Part shown: positions 1-11,200 of the stretch, piece after piece | Layout: every line of letters begins with the position of its first letter | How positions within the stretch are numbered: the stretch's first letter is position 1 | NCBI GenBank assembly: GCA_002269645.1 | Contig: NIVC01002582.1 | Coordinates: 95,748 to 159,747, forward strand | Origin: Macrostomum lignano | Lineage: Eukaryota | Length of the DNA: 64,000 nt | Direction: 5' to 3' | The notes under the pieces: model-generated | Told to the model about the DNA's origin: nothing | Databases searched by the model: none | Seen by the model: only the letters and a program-made list of their open reading frames with translations | Position numbers and translations under genes: made by a program

Positions 1-1455
1 CTCCCAGATCTTCAGTTGCTGGGCCAGCCTCCCAGATCTTCAGTTGCTGGGCCAGCCTCCCAGAGTGTCAGTTGCTGGGCCAGCCTCCCAGAGTGTCAGT
101 TGCTGGGCCAGCCTCCCAGATCTTCAGTTGCTGGGCCAGCCTCCCAGATCCTCAGTTGCTGGGCCAGCCTCCCAGATCCCCAGTTGCTGGGCCTGCCTCC
201 CAGATCCCCAGTTGCTGAGCCAGCCTCCCAGAGTGTCAGTTGGTGGGCCAGCCTCCCAGATCTTCAGTTGCTGGGCCAGCCTCCCAGAGTGTCAGTTGCT
301 GGGCCAGCCTCCCAGAGTGTCAGTTGCTGGGCCAGCCTCCCAGATCCCCAGTTTCCGGGCCAGCCTCCCAGATCCCCAGTTTCCGGGCCAGCCTCCCAGA
401 TCCCCAGTTGCTGAGCCAGCCTCCCAGATCCCCAGTTGCCGAGCCAGCCTCCCAGATCCCCAGTTGCTGAGCCAGCCTCCCAGATCCCCAGTTGCTGGGC
501 CAGCCTCCCAGATCCCCAGTTGCTGGGCCTGCCTCCCAGTTCCCCAGTTTCCGGGCCAGCCTCCCAGATCCCCAGTTGCTGAGCCAGCCTCCCAGATCCC
601 CAGTTGCCGGGCCAGCCTCCCAGACCCAGTTGCTGAGCCAGCCTCCCAGATCCCCAGTTGCTGGGCCAGCCTCCCAGATCCCCAGTTGCCGGGCCAGCCT
701 CCCAGATCCCCAGTTGCCGGGCCAGCCTCCCAGACCCAGTTGCTGAGCCAGCCTCCCAGAGTGTCAGTTGGTGGGCCAGCCTTCCAGAGTGTCAGTTGGT
801 GGGCCAGCCTTCCAGAGTGTCAGTTGGTGGGCCAGCCTCCCAGATTGTCAGTTGGTGGGCCAGCCTCTGAGATCCCCAGTTTCCGGGCCAGCCTCCCAGA
901 TCCCCAGTTTCCAGGCCAGCCTCCCAGATCCCCAGTTTCCGGGCCAGCCTCCCAGATCCCCAGTTGCTGAGCCAGCCTCCCAGATCCCCAGTTGCCGAGC
1001 CAGCCTCCCAGATCCCCAGTTGCTGAGCCAGCCTCCCAGATCCCCAGTTGCTGGGCCAGCCTCCCAGATCCCCAGTTGCTGGGCCTGCCTCCCAGTTCCC
1101 CAGTTGCCGGGCTAGCCTCCCAGATCCCCAGTTTCCGGGCCAGCCTCCCAGATCCCCAGTTGCCGGGCCAGCCTCCCAGACCCAGTTGCTGAGCCAGCCT
1201 CCCAGATCCCCAGTTGCTGGGCCAGCCTCCCAGATCCCCAGTTGCCGGGCCAGCCTCCCAGATCCCCAGTTGCTGAGCCAGCCTCCCAGACCCAGTTGCT
1301 GAGCCAGCCTCCCAGAGTGTCAGTTGGTGGGCCAGCCTTCCAGAGTGTCAGTTGGTGGGCCAGCCTTCCAGAGTGTCAGTTGGTGGGCCAGCCTCCCAGA
1401 TTGTCAGTTGGTGGGCCAGCCTCTGAGATCCCCAGTTGTTAGGCCAGCCTCCGAG
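1..1455. repeat. 28-bp minisatellite array (CTCCCAGATCCTCAGTTGCTGGGCCAGC and variants), runs off the window start
   Basis: Direct reading: about 50 tandem 28-bp units with variants. The ORFs at 16-1442 are periodic translations of it. Confidence 0.97.
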
Positions 1456-1494
1456 ATCTCTATGCGCTTTACACTCAATGTTTGCCCCTTGCAG

Positions 1495-1597
1495 TCTAAA
1501 AGAGCAATGGATGTCGGAAGCCGAGTTTGCCAAACTGAAGCTTCTGGAAGCAAAGCAAGCAAATTTATTAAACAGCAAAGATTCCTCAAACCCTTGA
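1495..1597 (+). CDS. Possible terminal coding exon of a gene starting upstream of the window (...LKEQWMSEAEFAKLKLLEAKQANLLNSKDSSNP*)
   Basis: Acceptor-like TTTGCCCCTTGCAG ends at 1494, followed by an open helical-looking frame to TGA at 1595-1597 and an AT-rich 3' UTR-like region with AATAAA near 1771. Family not recognised. Confidence 0.4.
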
Positions 1598-2179
1598 TAC
1601 AACCATTGTTTTCAATCCGCGAAGTTTACCAGATAGTGCTGTAATACTCCGTATTTAGTCATTCATACTTTCAATTATTAAATACTGCTGAAGTACTTAA
1701 CATTGCTCTACTTTTGTGTGACATTTCAAAAATATCAAAGCAAGCTTGGTTTGTTTTATTGGCGGATAATAATAAAAAAACTGCATGTTTTTCCGTGTTT
1801 GTAGAAAGTAATATGATTTTCGCTCAACTGTCTAACGCCAGCTACTGACACTAGATACGATCTCAGCCTGTGTTGCACCTTTGTTCTATTTCTTATCTCT
1901 TGTGTGTGCGTGACTGTTTGTTTTAAAACTGTATCCGTCCGTTTGTTGTTGCACTTTTAATGGTCTCATATGTCAAATTAGTTCTATTCTAATTGTTTTA
2001 ATGAATTGGTTAAAATTTGGTTGCATTTTTAAATTTTTGCTTCTTTAGTTTAACTGTTAGGTATATGATAGGATTACTTAAACTAGAATTCTTTTACTGG
2101 TGTGTTTAGTCCTCAATAACGTTATTATTTGTTTCTGATTTTAATTTTGAACTAAAAACTTCAACCAATGTAACAGCAA

Positions 2180-2730
2180 TCTCAGTTGCTGGGCCAGCCT
2201 CCCAGATCCTCAGTTGCTGGGCCAGCCTCTAAGATCCTCAGTTGCTGGGCCAGCCTCCCAGATCCTCAGTTGCTGGGCCAGCCTCTAAGATCCTCAGTTG
2301 CTTGGCCAGCCTCTAAGATCCTCAGTTGCTGGGCCAGCCTCTAAGATCCTCAGTTGCTTGGCCAGTCTCCAAGATCCTCAGTTGCTTGGCCAGTCTCCAG
2401 GATCCTCAGTTGCTGGGCCAGCCTCTAAGATCCTCAGTTGCTGGGCCAGTCTCCCAGATCCTCAGTTGCTTGGCCAGCCTCTAAGATCCTCAGTTGCTGG
2501 GCCAGCCTCTAAGATCCTCAGTTGCTGGGCCAGCCTCCCAGATCCTCAGTTGCTGGGCCAGCCTCCCAGATCCTCAGTTGCTGGGCCAGCCTCCCAGATC
2601 CTCAGTTGCTGGGCCAGCCTCCCAGAGTGTTAGTTGCTGGGCCAGTCTCCCAGATCCTCAGTTGCTTGGCCAGTCTCCCAGAGTGTCAGTTGCTTGGCCA
2701 GTCTCCCAGATTGTCAGTTGGTGGGCCAGC
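2180..2730. repeat. Second array of the same 28-bp minisatellite
   Basis: Same unit and orientation as 1-1455. Confidence 0.95.
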
Positions 2731-3214
2731 CTTCAAATTTGTCTGGGCAGAAAGGTGCGTGTATATACTGCTTAAAAATTGCACTACTTACTACTGACAA
2801 TGTTAGTACATCGCAGACTTATAATTGTTTTGTACTTTTTTGGCCAAATCTAAATGTTTTTTTGCGCTTGACTTTTACTGCTTTAAGTTTTTTGCTTGCT
2901 TTTATCGTATCGCAATGGCAAAGCACTTTAGTTGTCAGTGAGCCCTGAATTTGCACTGATAGTTTGCTTGACTATTATTGTCATCACTTAAAATCGTTTC
3001 CTTAATTGAACGCTATAAAGTTTATTTGTTGGCTTCTGCAATTTTTAGTGGTTTCTAATCAACATTTTAACCTGATTTGGCTAATCGCTCAGGACTTAAT
3101 ACTGTATTTAGCTCAATTTTTCAATTAAAAATATTAAATTTTAGCTCTAAATCATTTTTAGTAGATAGAAAGTAACGGCTGTAAGTTGTGCTTGTTTTTA
3201 TTCGATATTTCTGA

Positions 3215-4250
3215 CCCCCATTCTTCCCTCTCTTCCCCATTCTTCCCCCTTCCCCATTCTTCCCCCCTTCCCCATTCTTCCCCTCTTCCCTATTCTTCCT
3301 TCTCTTCCCTATTCTTCCCCATTCTCCCCCTCTTCCCTATTCTTCCCCATTCTTCCCCTCTCTTCCTTCTCTTCCCTATTCTTCCCCATTCTTCCCCATT
3401 CTTCCCCTCTCTTCCCCATTCTTCCCCTCTCTTCCCCATTCTTCCCCTCTCTTCCCCATTCTTCCCCTCTCTTCCCCATTCTTCCCCCCTTCCCCATTCT
3501 TCCCCTCTCTTCCCCATTCTTCCCCTCTCTTCCCCATTCTTCCCCTCTCTTCCCCATTCTTCCCCTCTCTTCCCCATTCTTCCCCCCCTTCCCCATTCTT
3601 CCCCTCTTCCCCATTCTTCCCCTCTCTTCCCCATTCTTCCCCCCCTTCCCCATTCTTCCCCTCTCTTCCCCATTCTTCCCCTCTCTTCCCCATTCTTCCC
3701 CTCTTCCCTATTCTTCCCCATTCTCCCCCTCTTCCCTATTCTTCCTTCTCTTCCCTATTCTTCCCCATTCTTCCCCTCTCTTCCCCATTCTTCCCCTCTC
3801 TTCCCCATTCTTCCCCTCTCTTCCCCATTCTTCCCCTCTCTTCCCCATTCTTCCCCCTTCCCTATTCTTCCCCCTCTTCCCCATTCTTCCCCCTTCCCCA
3901 TTCTTCCCCTCTCTTCCCCATTCTTCCCCTCTCTTCCCCATTCTTCCCCTCTCTTCCCCATTCTTCCCCTCTCTTCCCCATTCTTCCCCTCTTCCCTATT
4001 CTTCCCTCTCTCCCCCATTCTTCCCAATTCTTCCCCTCTCTCCCCCATTCTTCCTAATTCTTCCCCTCTCTCCCCCTCTCTTCCCCATTCTTCCCTATTC
4101 CCCCTCTCTTCCCCATTCTTCCCTATTCTTCCCCTCTCTCACCAATTCTTCCCCTCTCTCCCCATTCTTCCCAATTTCCCTCTCTTCTTCCCCTCTCTTC
4201 TCGATTCTTCCTCCTTTTTTCAAATTTTCCCAATTTCACTCTTTAATTCC
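3215..4250. repeat. Polypyrimidine tract of ~10-bp units (CTTCCCCATT / CTTCCCCTCT)
   Basis: About 1 kb of almost pure C/T on the + strand with 10-bp periodicity. Confidence 0.95.
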
Positions 4251-4857
4251 CATTCCCTTTTTGAAAAGGAGTTTCCATCTAGCATTCAGCTTCAATTGCA
4301 AGTTTCTGCTAGACCTGCAACTTAACTTAATTCGCTATTCATTTCGACCCAGCTCTGAGAAATGTGTAGTCATTTAGTTTATATTCATTTATTTACAAAT
4401 ATTATTCTAAGCTTGTAAAATCGTTAATGCTGTACAAATATGCTTTTTTGACAAGAAATGTCTTGCTTCCATTTATTAGTTCATATTTATTTTTTTCAAT
4501 TTTCCTAATTTCTATTTGCATGCCAGTTGCTTTGATTGCGAGATAACCGCTTGTAAAACTGAATGTTTGTTTGTTATAATTGAATTTGTGTCAAAGTTTC
4601 TAATTTTGCTTGACTTTTTTCTATTCCTTTTTTAAGCATAACAACGAGAGCTGTCCATGATTCTGACTGTTAGCTTGCAAATATTATTAATATTTAATTA
4701 CTTTAATTTATTACATAACTGTTTTCTGGGTTTGTCAATTGTTATAAATATAACATTTAGCAAACCTTGCTGTGCTAAACCGTTTCTCTTCCCTTGAAAC
4801 TGATTCTTCAAATGATACTGTATTTTTGATATCTGTGTTCATCTTTTTGAGACCAAT

Positions 4858-6030
4858 TTGTGTCTCCAGCTTGTCTCTAGATTGTGTCTTCAGCTTGTCT
4901 CTAGATTGTGTCTCCAGCTCGTCTCTAGATTGTATCTTCAGCTTGTCTCTAGATTGTGTCTTCAGCTTGTCTCTAGATTGTGTCTTCAGCTTGTATCTAG
5001 ATTGTGTCTTCAGCTTGTCTCTAGATTGTGTCTTCAGCTTGTCTCTAGATTGTGTCTTCAGCTTGTCTCTAGATTGTGTCTCCAGCTCGTCTCTAGATTG
5101 TATCTTCAGCTTGTCTCTAGATTGTGTCTTCAGCTTGTCTCTAGATTGTGTCTTCAGCTTGTATCTAGATTGTGTCTTCAGCTTGTCTCTAGATTGTGTC
5201 TTCAGCTTGTCTCTAGATTGTGTCTCCAGCTCGTCTCTAGATTGTGTCTTCAGCCTGTCTCTAGATTGTGTCTCCAGCTCGTCTCTAGATTGTGTCTTCA
5301 GCTTGTCTCTAGATTGTGTCTTCAGCTTGTCTCTAGATTGTGTCTTCAGCTTGTCTCTAGATTGTGTCTTCAGCTTGTCTCTAGATTGTGTCTTCAGCTT
5401 GTCTCTAGATTGTGTCTTCAGCTTGTCTCTAGATTGTGTCTTCAGCTTGTCTCTAGATTGTGTCTTCAGCTTGTCTCTAGATTGTGTCTTCAGCTTGTCT
5501 CTAGATTGTGTCTTCAGCTTGTCTCTAGATTGTGTCTCCAGCTCGTCTCTAGATTGTGTCTTCAGCTTGTCTCTAGATTGTGTCTTCAGCTTGTATCTAG
5601 ATTGTGTCTTCAGCTTGTCTCTAGATTGTGTCTTCAGCTTGTCTCTAGATTGTGTCTTCAGCTTGTCTCTAGATTGTGTCTCCAGCTCGTCTCTAGATTG
5701 TGTCTTCAGCTTGTCTCTAGATTGTGTCTTCAGCTTGTATCTAGATTGTGTCTTCAGCTTGTCTCTAGATTTTGTCTTCAGCTTGTCTCTAGATTATATC
5801 CAGATTGTCTCTAGATTGTGTCTTCAGCTTGTCTCTAGATTGTGTCTTCAGCTTGTATCTAGATTGTGTCTTCAGCTTGTCTCTAGATTTTGTCTTCAGC
5901 TTGTCTCTAGATTGTGTCTCCTGATGTGTCTCTAGATTGTATCCAGATTGTCTCTAGATTGTGTCTCCAACTTGCCTCTAGATTGTGTCTCCAAGTTGTC
6001 TTTAGATTGTGTCTCTAGATTGTCTATAGA
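4858..6030. repeat. 24-bp minisatellite (TTGTGTCTTCAGCTTGTCTCTAGA)
   Basis: About 45 highly homogeneous units. They give the periodic LSLDCVFS / CLQLVSRL ORFs. Confidence 0.97.
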
Positions 6031-6526
6031 TTTTTTCCGCAGACTGTCTTTAAATTGTCTACAATTTGTTTCAAAAAATCTTGTGCACATGCATTGTTTT
6101 AACTATGAAGTAATAAAATGTGTCTGCAGATTGTGTCCAGATTTGATGTTGCTTGTTGCTGTGGAGGGTAGCCGTGACAGTCAGTTACTTCATGCTGCTT
6201 ACTGTTGTTAAAACTGCAGCAATTTTTTTACTTCCGACAAGACAAGACCACCTTGTTGAAATCGAAATTGAAACTCCATTTTCAAATGACTAACTAATTA
6301 GCTTCCAGTCCAGATGCTATTTTTAGAGTTCCACGATTTTAGACTTGGGAAAAGAAAAAACAGACGGAAAGTACCGCGGCCATAGACATGATTTTCATCA
6401 TCTTCGGTACAGTTTAGCCGCTGTGAATTAGTGAACTACAGACTGCTTATTGCTCTCTTAATGTTTTAATTTATAAAAGCAGAGCCATTCAAGAGTTGAA
6501 GCAGCAACAGCACCTACTTGAAAAAG

Positions 6527-6979
6527 ATGTCTTCTGGCCAGCAATCTCCATCCCCTGCCGTAGCCGCCGCTATCAAGCAGATTCGAATACAAACTGGCGT
6601 AGTCAAACGCCTAGTCAAAGAGGTTCGAATGTACCAAACCGAATCTGCCAGTCTGCTAGCCGAACTTGAGCAGCTGAAAATGAAGCAGGTGCCTTCTTCT
6701 ACGGCTAGCGAAGAAGCCGAGCATCGACTTCGCAAACGGCAGGAGGTGCTGCGCGAATCCCAGATGATGGTGCCGGATACGGAGAGACGTTTAAGCACCG
6801 CCAAAGAACGCTTAGACTCCCTGCTTCAGCAGCACAAAGGTCTGTGCGACTCCGACCCGGTGTATCTGGAGGCTGTCGAAGAGTTGAAGAAATTGTCTGT
6901 TAATGATGAGGCAGCCTCTGCCGATGCCAGCGCTGGTAAAGCTGCCGAGCTGCCGCAGAAAGAAGCTGGAGACTGTTGA
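6527..6979 (+). CDS. TBCA: Tubulin-specific chaperone A (cofactor A), intronless, with a short C-terminal extension
   Basis: IKQIRIQTGVVKRLVKE...QEVLRESQMMVPDTERRL matches the TBCA family motifs (human QIKIKTGVVKRLVKE...EILQESRMMIPDCQRRL). First ATG at 6527; the track starts at a TTG at 6518. AATAAA near 7224. Confidence 0.93.
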   Translation: MSSGQQSPSPAVAAAIKQIRIQTGVVKRLVKEVRMYQTESASLLAELEQLKMKQVPSSTASEEAEHRLRKRQEVLRESQMMVPDTERRLSTAKERLDSLLQQHKGLCDSDPVYLEAVEELKKLSVNDEAASADASAGKAAELPQKEAGDC

Positions 6980-7315
6980 TTGATCGCTGATTGATATTAA
7001 TTGCTTACTATTATTAGTAGTAAAAATTTCACATAGAGATGAATTACTGTACTCTGATGCAGATTCAATCTGAGCTAACTAGCTTAGAATCAGTTTTATT
7101 TATAGCCCAAAAAGACTTATTCTTGATCTGCTTCTTAGGAACTATCTTATACCCGATAAATGCCCTGAAGACTGTATGAATCCTTTATAGCCTTAGTGCG
7201 ACGCTGTGATTAAACGAGAATATAAATAAAAAAGCTGGTGTTTATTGATTTTAATTCTTTGATTCTCGAAGAAATCAATCAACCGTTGCAAGTACAGTAA
7301 TACCTATGGCGAATG

Positions 7316-7832
7316 TGTCAGCCTCTCAGATCCTCAGTTGCTGGGCCAGCCTCCCAGATCCTCAGTTGCTGGGCCAGCCTCCCAGATCCTCAGTTGCTGG
7401 GCCAGCCTCCCAGATCCTCAGTTGCTGGGCCAGCCTCCCAGAGTGTCAGTTGCTGGGCCAGCCTCCCAGATTGTCAGTTGCTGGGCCAGCCTCCCAGATC
7501 CTCAGTTGCTGGGCCAGCCTCTCAGATCCTCAGTTGCTGGGTCAGCCTCCCAGATCCTCAGTTGCTGGGCCAGCCTCCCAGATCCTCAGTTGCTGGGCCA
7601 GCCTCCCAGAGTGTCAGTTGGTGGGCCAGCCTCCCAGATCCTCAGTTGCTGGGCCAGCCTCCCAGAGTGTCAGTTGCTGGGCCAGCCTTCCAGATCCTCA
7701 GTTGCTGGGCCAGCCCCAGATCCTCAGTTGCTGGGCCAGCCTCCCAGATCCTCAGTTGCTGGGCCAGCCTCCCAGATCCTCAGTTGCTGGGCCAGCCCCA
7801 GATCCTCAGTTGCTGGGCCAGCCCCAGATCCC
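7316..7832. repeat. Third array of the 28-bp minisatellite, between convergent TBCA and PKD2 3' ends
   Basis: Same unit and orientation as 1-1455. Confidence 0.95.
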
Positions 7833-8203
7833 AGATTTGAAAAATTAAGTAAGCCATCATCGGAAAACACTTTTCAGAATGCTGGCTAATAGGTCTGATA
7901 AAATATTATTCCGTTGGATATTGTGTAAGAATATTCTTTATATAGAAAAAGATGGGCAGAAAAAATCGGGTAAAATTATTATTATCAGATAGGCTTTCAT
8001 CTTGCACAGAGAAAAATATAGTTGTTGAATAACATAAAATATCCATGGCACAGGAGTCCCATGAGCCTACAGTCGGATTAATATAGTTGAGAAGTTTTTG
8101 TACTATTATTCGATAGCTAAATATGATTATAAATGTTAAAATTGCTCCATGCATAGCCTAGCAAGATTTGGCGATGTCATCTCGAAGAGCTCTTTATTCT
8201 CTC

Positions 8204-11200
8204 TCAACGGTTCGATTGCTTTGAGGCGGCGGAACCGCTGCCTCGGCCGCTGGCAGACTCCAGCTGGTGCTCCGACTCGACCGCCGCTGCCGCCGGGGGC
8301 GTCTCCTCCTCTCCGGCGCCGCCCCAGCGCTCCAATTCCTGACGCACCATGCGCTCCATCTTCTCCCGTTTCTCAGCCTCGCTGTCGCCCTCGCACTTGC
8401 CGATGGAGTCCAGCAGGCGACTCATCGTCTCGCGACGCTTCAGCTTGGCGCGCTCCATGCTCTCGAGTTTCAGCAGGACAGAGTCGATTCGATTCACGAT
8501 GCCGCCGATGCTGTGCTCCATGCGGTCCACCCGGCGGGACAGCGTCGTGAACTCGTCGATGGGGACGCCGCTGCCGCCGCCGCCGCTGTTGCTACCGCTG
8601 GTGTTCGGTCGGCCGCCTCTGGTGGCGCTGCGCATCGAGCCGCGTAGGCTGACAGCGCCGTCTCTGTCGTCGCCTGCCAGTTCGTCGTTGTCGGCGTCTC
8701 CGTCGTCGGCGCCGACGCCGGCGCTGCCCTGGCGCTGCTGCTCCGCGCGCTCACTTTCGATTTGACTGTTCAGGGCGGCCTGAGGGGCGCGTGGCATGCG
8801 TGGTGGGGGGGAGGATTTCTTGACGGTTTTTTTGCCATGTATCCTTCTTTGACCTCTAATTGTTCTGTAATAGCGCGATTCCTAATTCACCGCTTCTTGA
8901 TTCACAGATTCCTGATTCACGGATTCCTGATTCACAGATTCCTGATTCACCGATTCCTGATTCAAGGACTCTTGATTCACAGATTCCTGGTTCACTGATT
9001 CTAAATTTGCCATTTCGCTGCCTCACCTTTTGTCCCTCGAGCTCCCACTGCATCTTGCGCTGCTCTTCTTCGTCCAGCACCCTATCGCCGTCCATGTCGT
9101 ACCGGGCAAACAGGGCCTCAATTTCGCCGTCAGCGTAGCCTCGCCTTCAATTGTGATTGGCGGTTCGGAGGCCAAAAGTAAACGCACAATTTTTTGAGGC
9201 AAGCGATGTTTGTAAGAAGGGTGTCAGCTAGGGGTCAGTTGCTTGGAAAGACGTTCATCAAGATACTCGTATTAAAGTATTTTCGAGAACACCATATATG
9301 ATATTGTCAGTAGAGGATGTTGTCAGTAGGAGATATTGTCCGTAGAGGATGTTGTCAGTAGGGGATATTGTCAGTAGGGGATATTGTCAGTAGGGGATGT
9401 TGTCAGTAGGTATTAGTGTCGGGAAATATGCTGTCAGATTGGCCAGCAGATCCCCAACTGTCTCAAACTCACATCTTCAATTCGGTTCGCCACTCCTCAA
9501 AGTCCAGCTGCCTGTCGTTGTTCATGTCAGCAGATTGCATCGCCCGTTGAATGTCGACGATTTTGTCGCGTCGCAGGTGCAGCTTGTCGAGGACACGGCC
9601 GGCTCGCTAGGAAAGAGAAGGGACGGTTTGAATCAGGAAAGAATAAAAGATTCGTATGGCCGACTTAAGCTGAATCTAAATGCCCTGCAATAAATTATGT
9701 ATTCTCTTAATTGCTTAAGTTTGGCGTTGCTATGGCGACGAGCAAAGTGTTACGACACAACATATAAAACTGGTCTGAACATCTAATACTATAGAAGCTT
9801 AATGGATCTGTAAGTGATGCGTTAAGCGTGATGCGCTATGTGTTTAATTTTTAATGACATTAAATGCGAGAGTTCTATTGAACAGAATGTTAAAATTGAT
9901 TTTAAGGATGAGTTCTCACAGACCTACATTGAAGCACACCTTGTGCTCCAGTTTGGCACCTCATGGTTCTCTTTTGGCGCATCTCACAGTTCCATTTGGG
10001 CACATCTTACAGATCCATTTGGGCACATCTTACAGATCCATTTGGGCACATCTTACAGATCCATTTGGGCACATCTTACAGATCCATTTGGGCACATCTT
10101 ACAGATCCATTTTGGCACATCTTACAGTTCCATTTGGGCACATCTTACAGATCCATTTGGCACAGCAATTTGTCAGGGTTGCAGTGTTCCCTAATGCTCA
10201 CGAATCACTTAATACTAACGATTATAGTATAGTCAATAAAACCCTACCTGCTTAAAATAGTCGGTCATCTCGAAGTCGTTCGGTTGATTAGCCAGGTTGC
10301 TCTTCACCTCGCTGTACGTGTCGTTAATGATCGCCAGGAACATGTTGATCAGCACGAAGAAAACGAAGAACACGTACAGGATGAAGTAGATCGGGCCCAG
10401 CACTCGGTGCGCGTTCTGCAGACTGGCGAAGTCAAAATCGCCCAGAATGATGCGGAACAGCGTGAAAATGGCCTGCTGAAATTCTCTGAAGTCTTCAACT
10501 TTGGTGCCAAAGATCAGGTAGCCCAGCTGAGCAAAGGCGAAGAATACAATGAAGAACATCACGGCGAAGCCCAGTAAGTCTTTAGCGCAGGCGCCCAGAG
10601 TTGAGCTCAACTGCGTCATGGTCTTATTAAAGCTGATGTACTTGAAGATCTTCACCCAGGCGAAGAACACCGTGATAGCGATGGCCTGGTTAAACTGTTC
10701 CTGCCAGAAGCTGAGGAAGTCGAAGTCCGGATATTGAGTCTCGTCCTCCAGTAGTCTGGTGAGCTTGTTCCCAACGCTGATGGTTCGGTAGATATTGAAG
10801 GCGGCGCAGACCAGGGCAATTACAATCACGACAATGTCAAGCCAGTTCCAGAACGAGCTGAAATAAGCCAACTTGTGCCGCTTGATCTCGATGATCTCTT
10901 CAACAATGTAGTAGCAGATGAACAGCATGAAGATGCACTCGCAGGCCAGTACGAAATAGTCGATAGGTTCAACGTAGCGCAGAAGCTTCACAGTGCGAAA
11001 CTCCCAAGAGGTGAAGCCGCCGCCAGTTGCCGGGAATTCAGCTATCAATTTGATCACGCAGAACAGGTTAATGTTAGCGTTGTACACTGTGAAGTCAATG
11101 AACACAGCCCTAGTAGCCCTGTCAATCCACAGGCCATGGAAGAGTTCATCAATTTTTGCAGTGGATTCTTCGCGGCTCCGGCCCAGATCGATGTAATATC

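Noticed and set aside
16-5935. Long ORFs (308, 379, 387, 318 aa and others) over the first arrays
   Set aside because: Periodic translations of stop-poor tandem repeats, open in several frames. The same applies to ORFs over 7306-7889, 12715-13231, 13913-14921, 17230-18048, 21620-22176, 31106-32344, 34167-34706, 47154-47820, 49447-49901 and 50188-53547.
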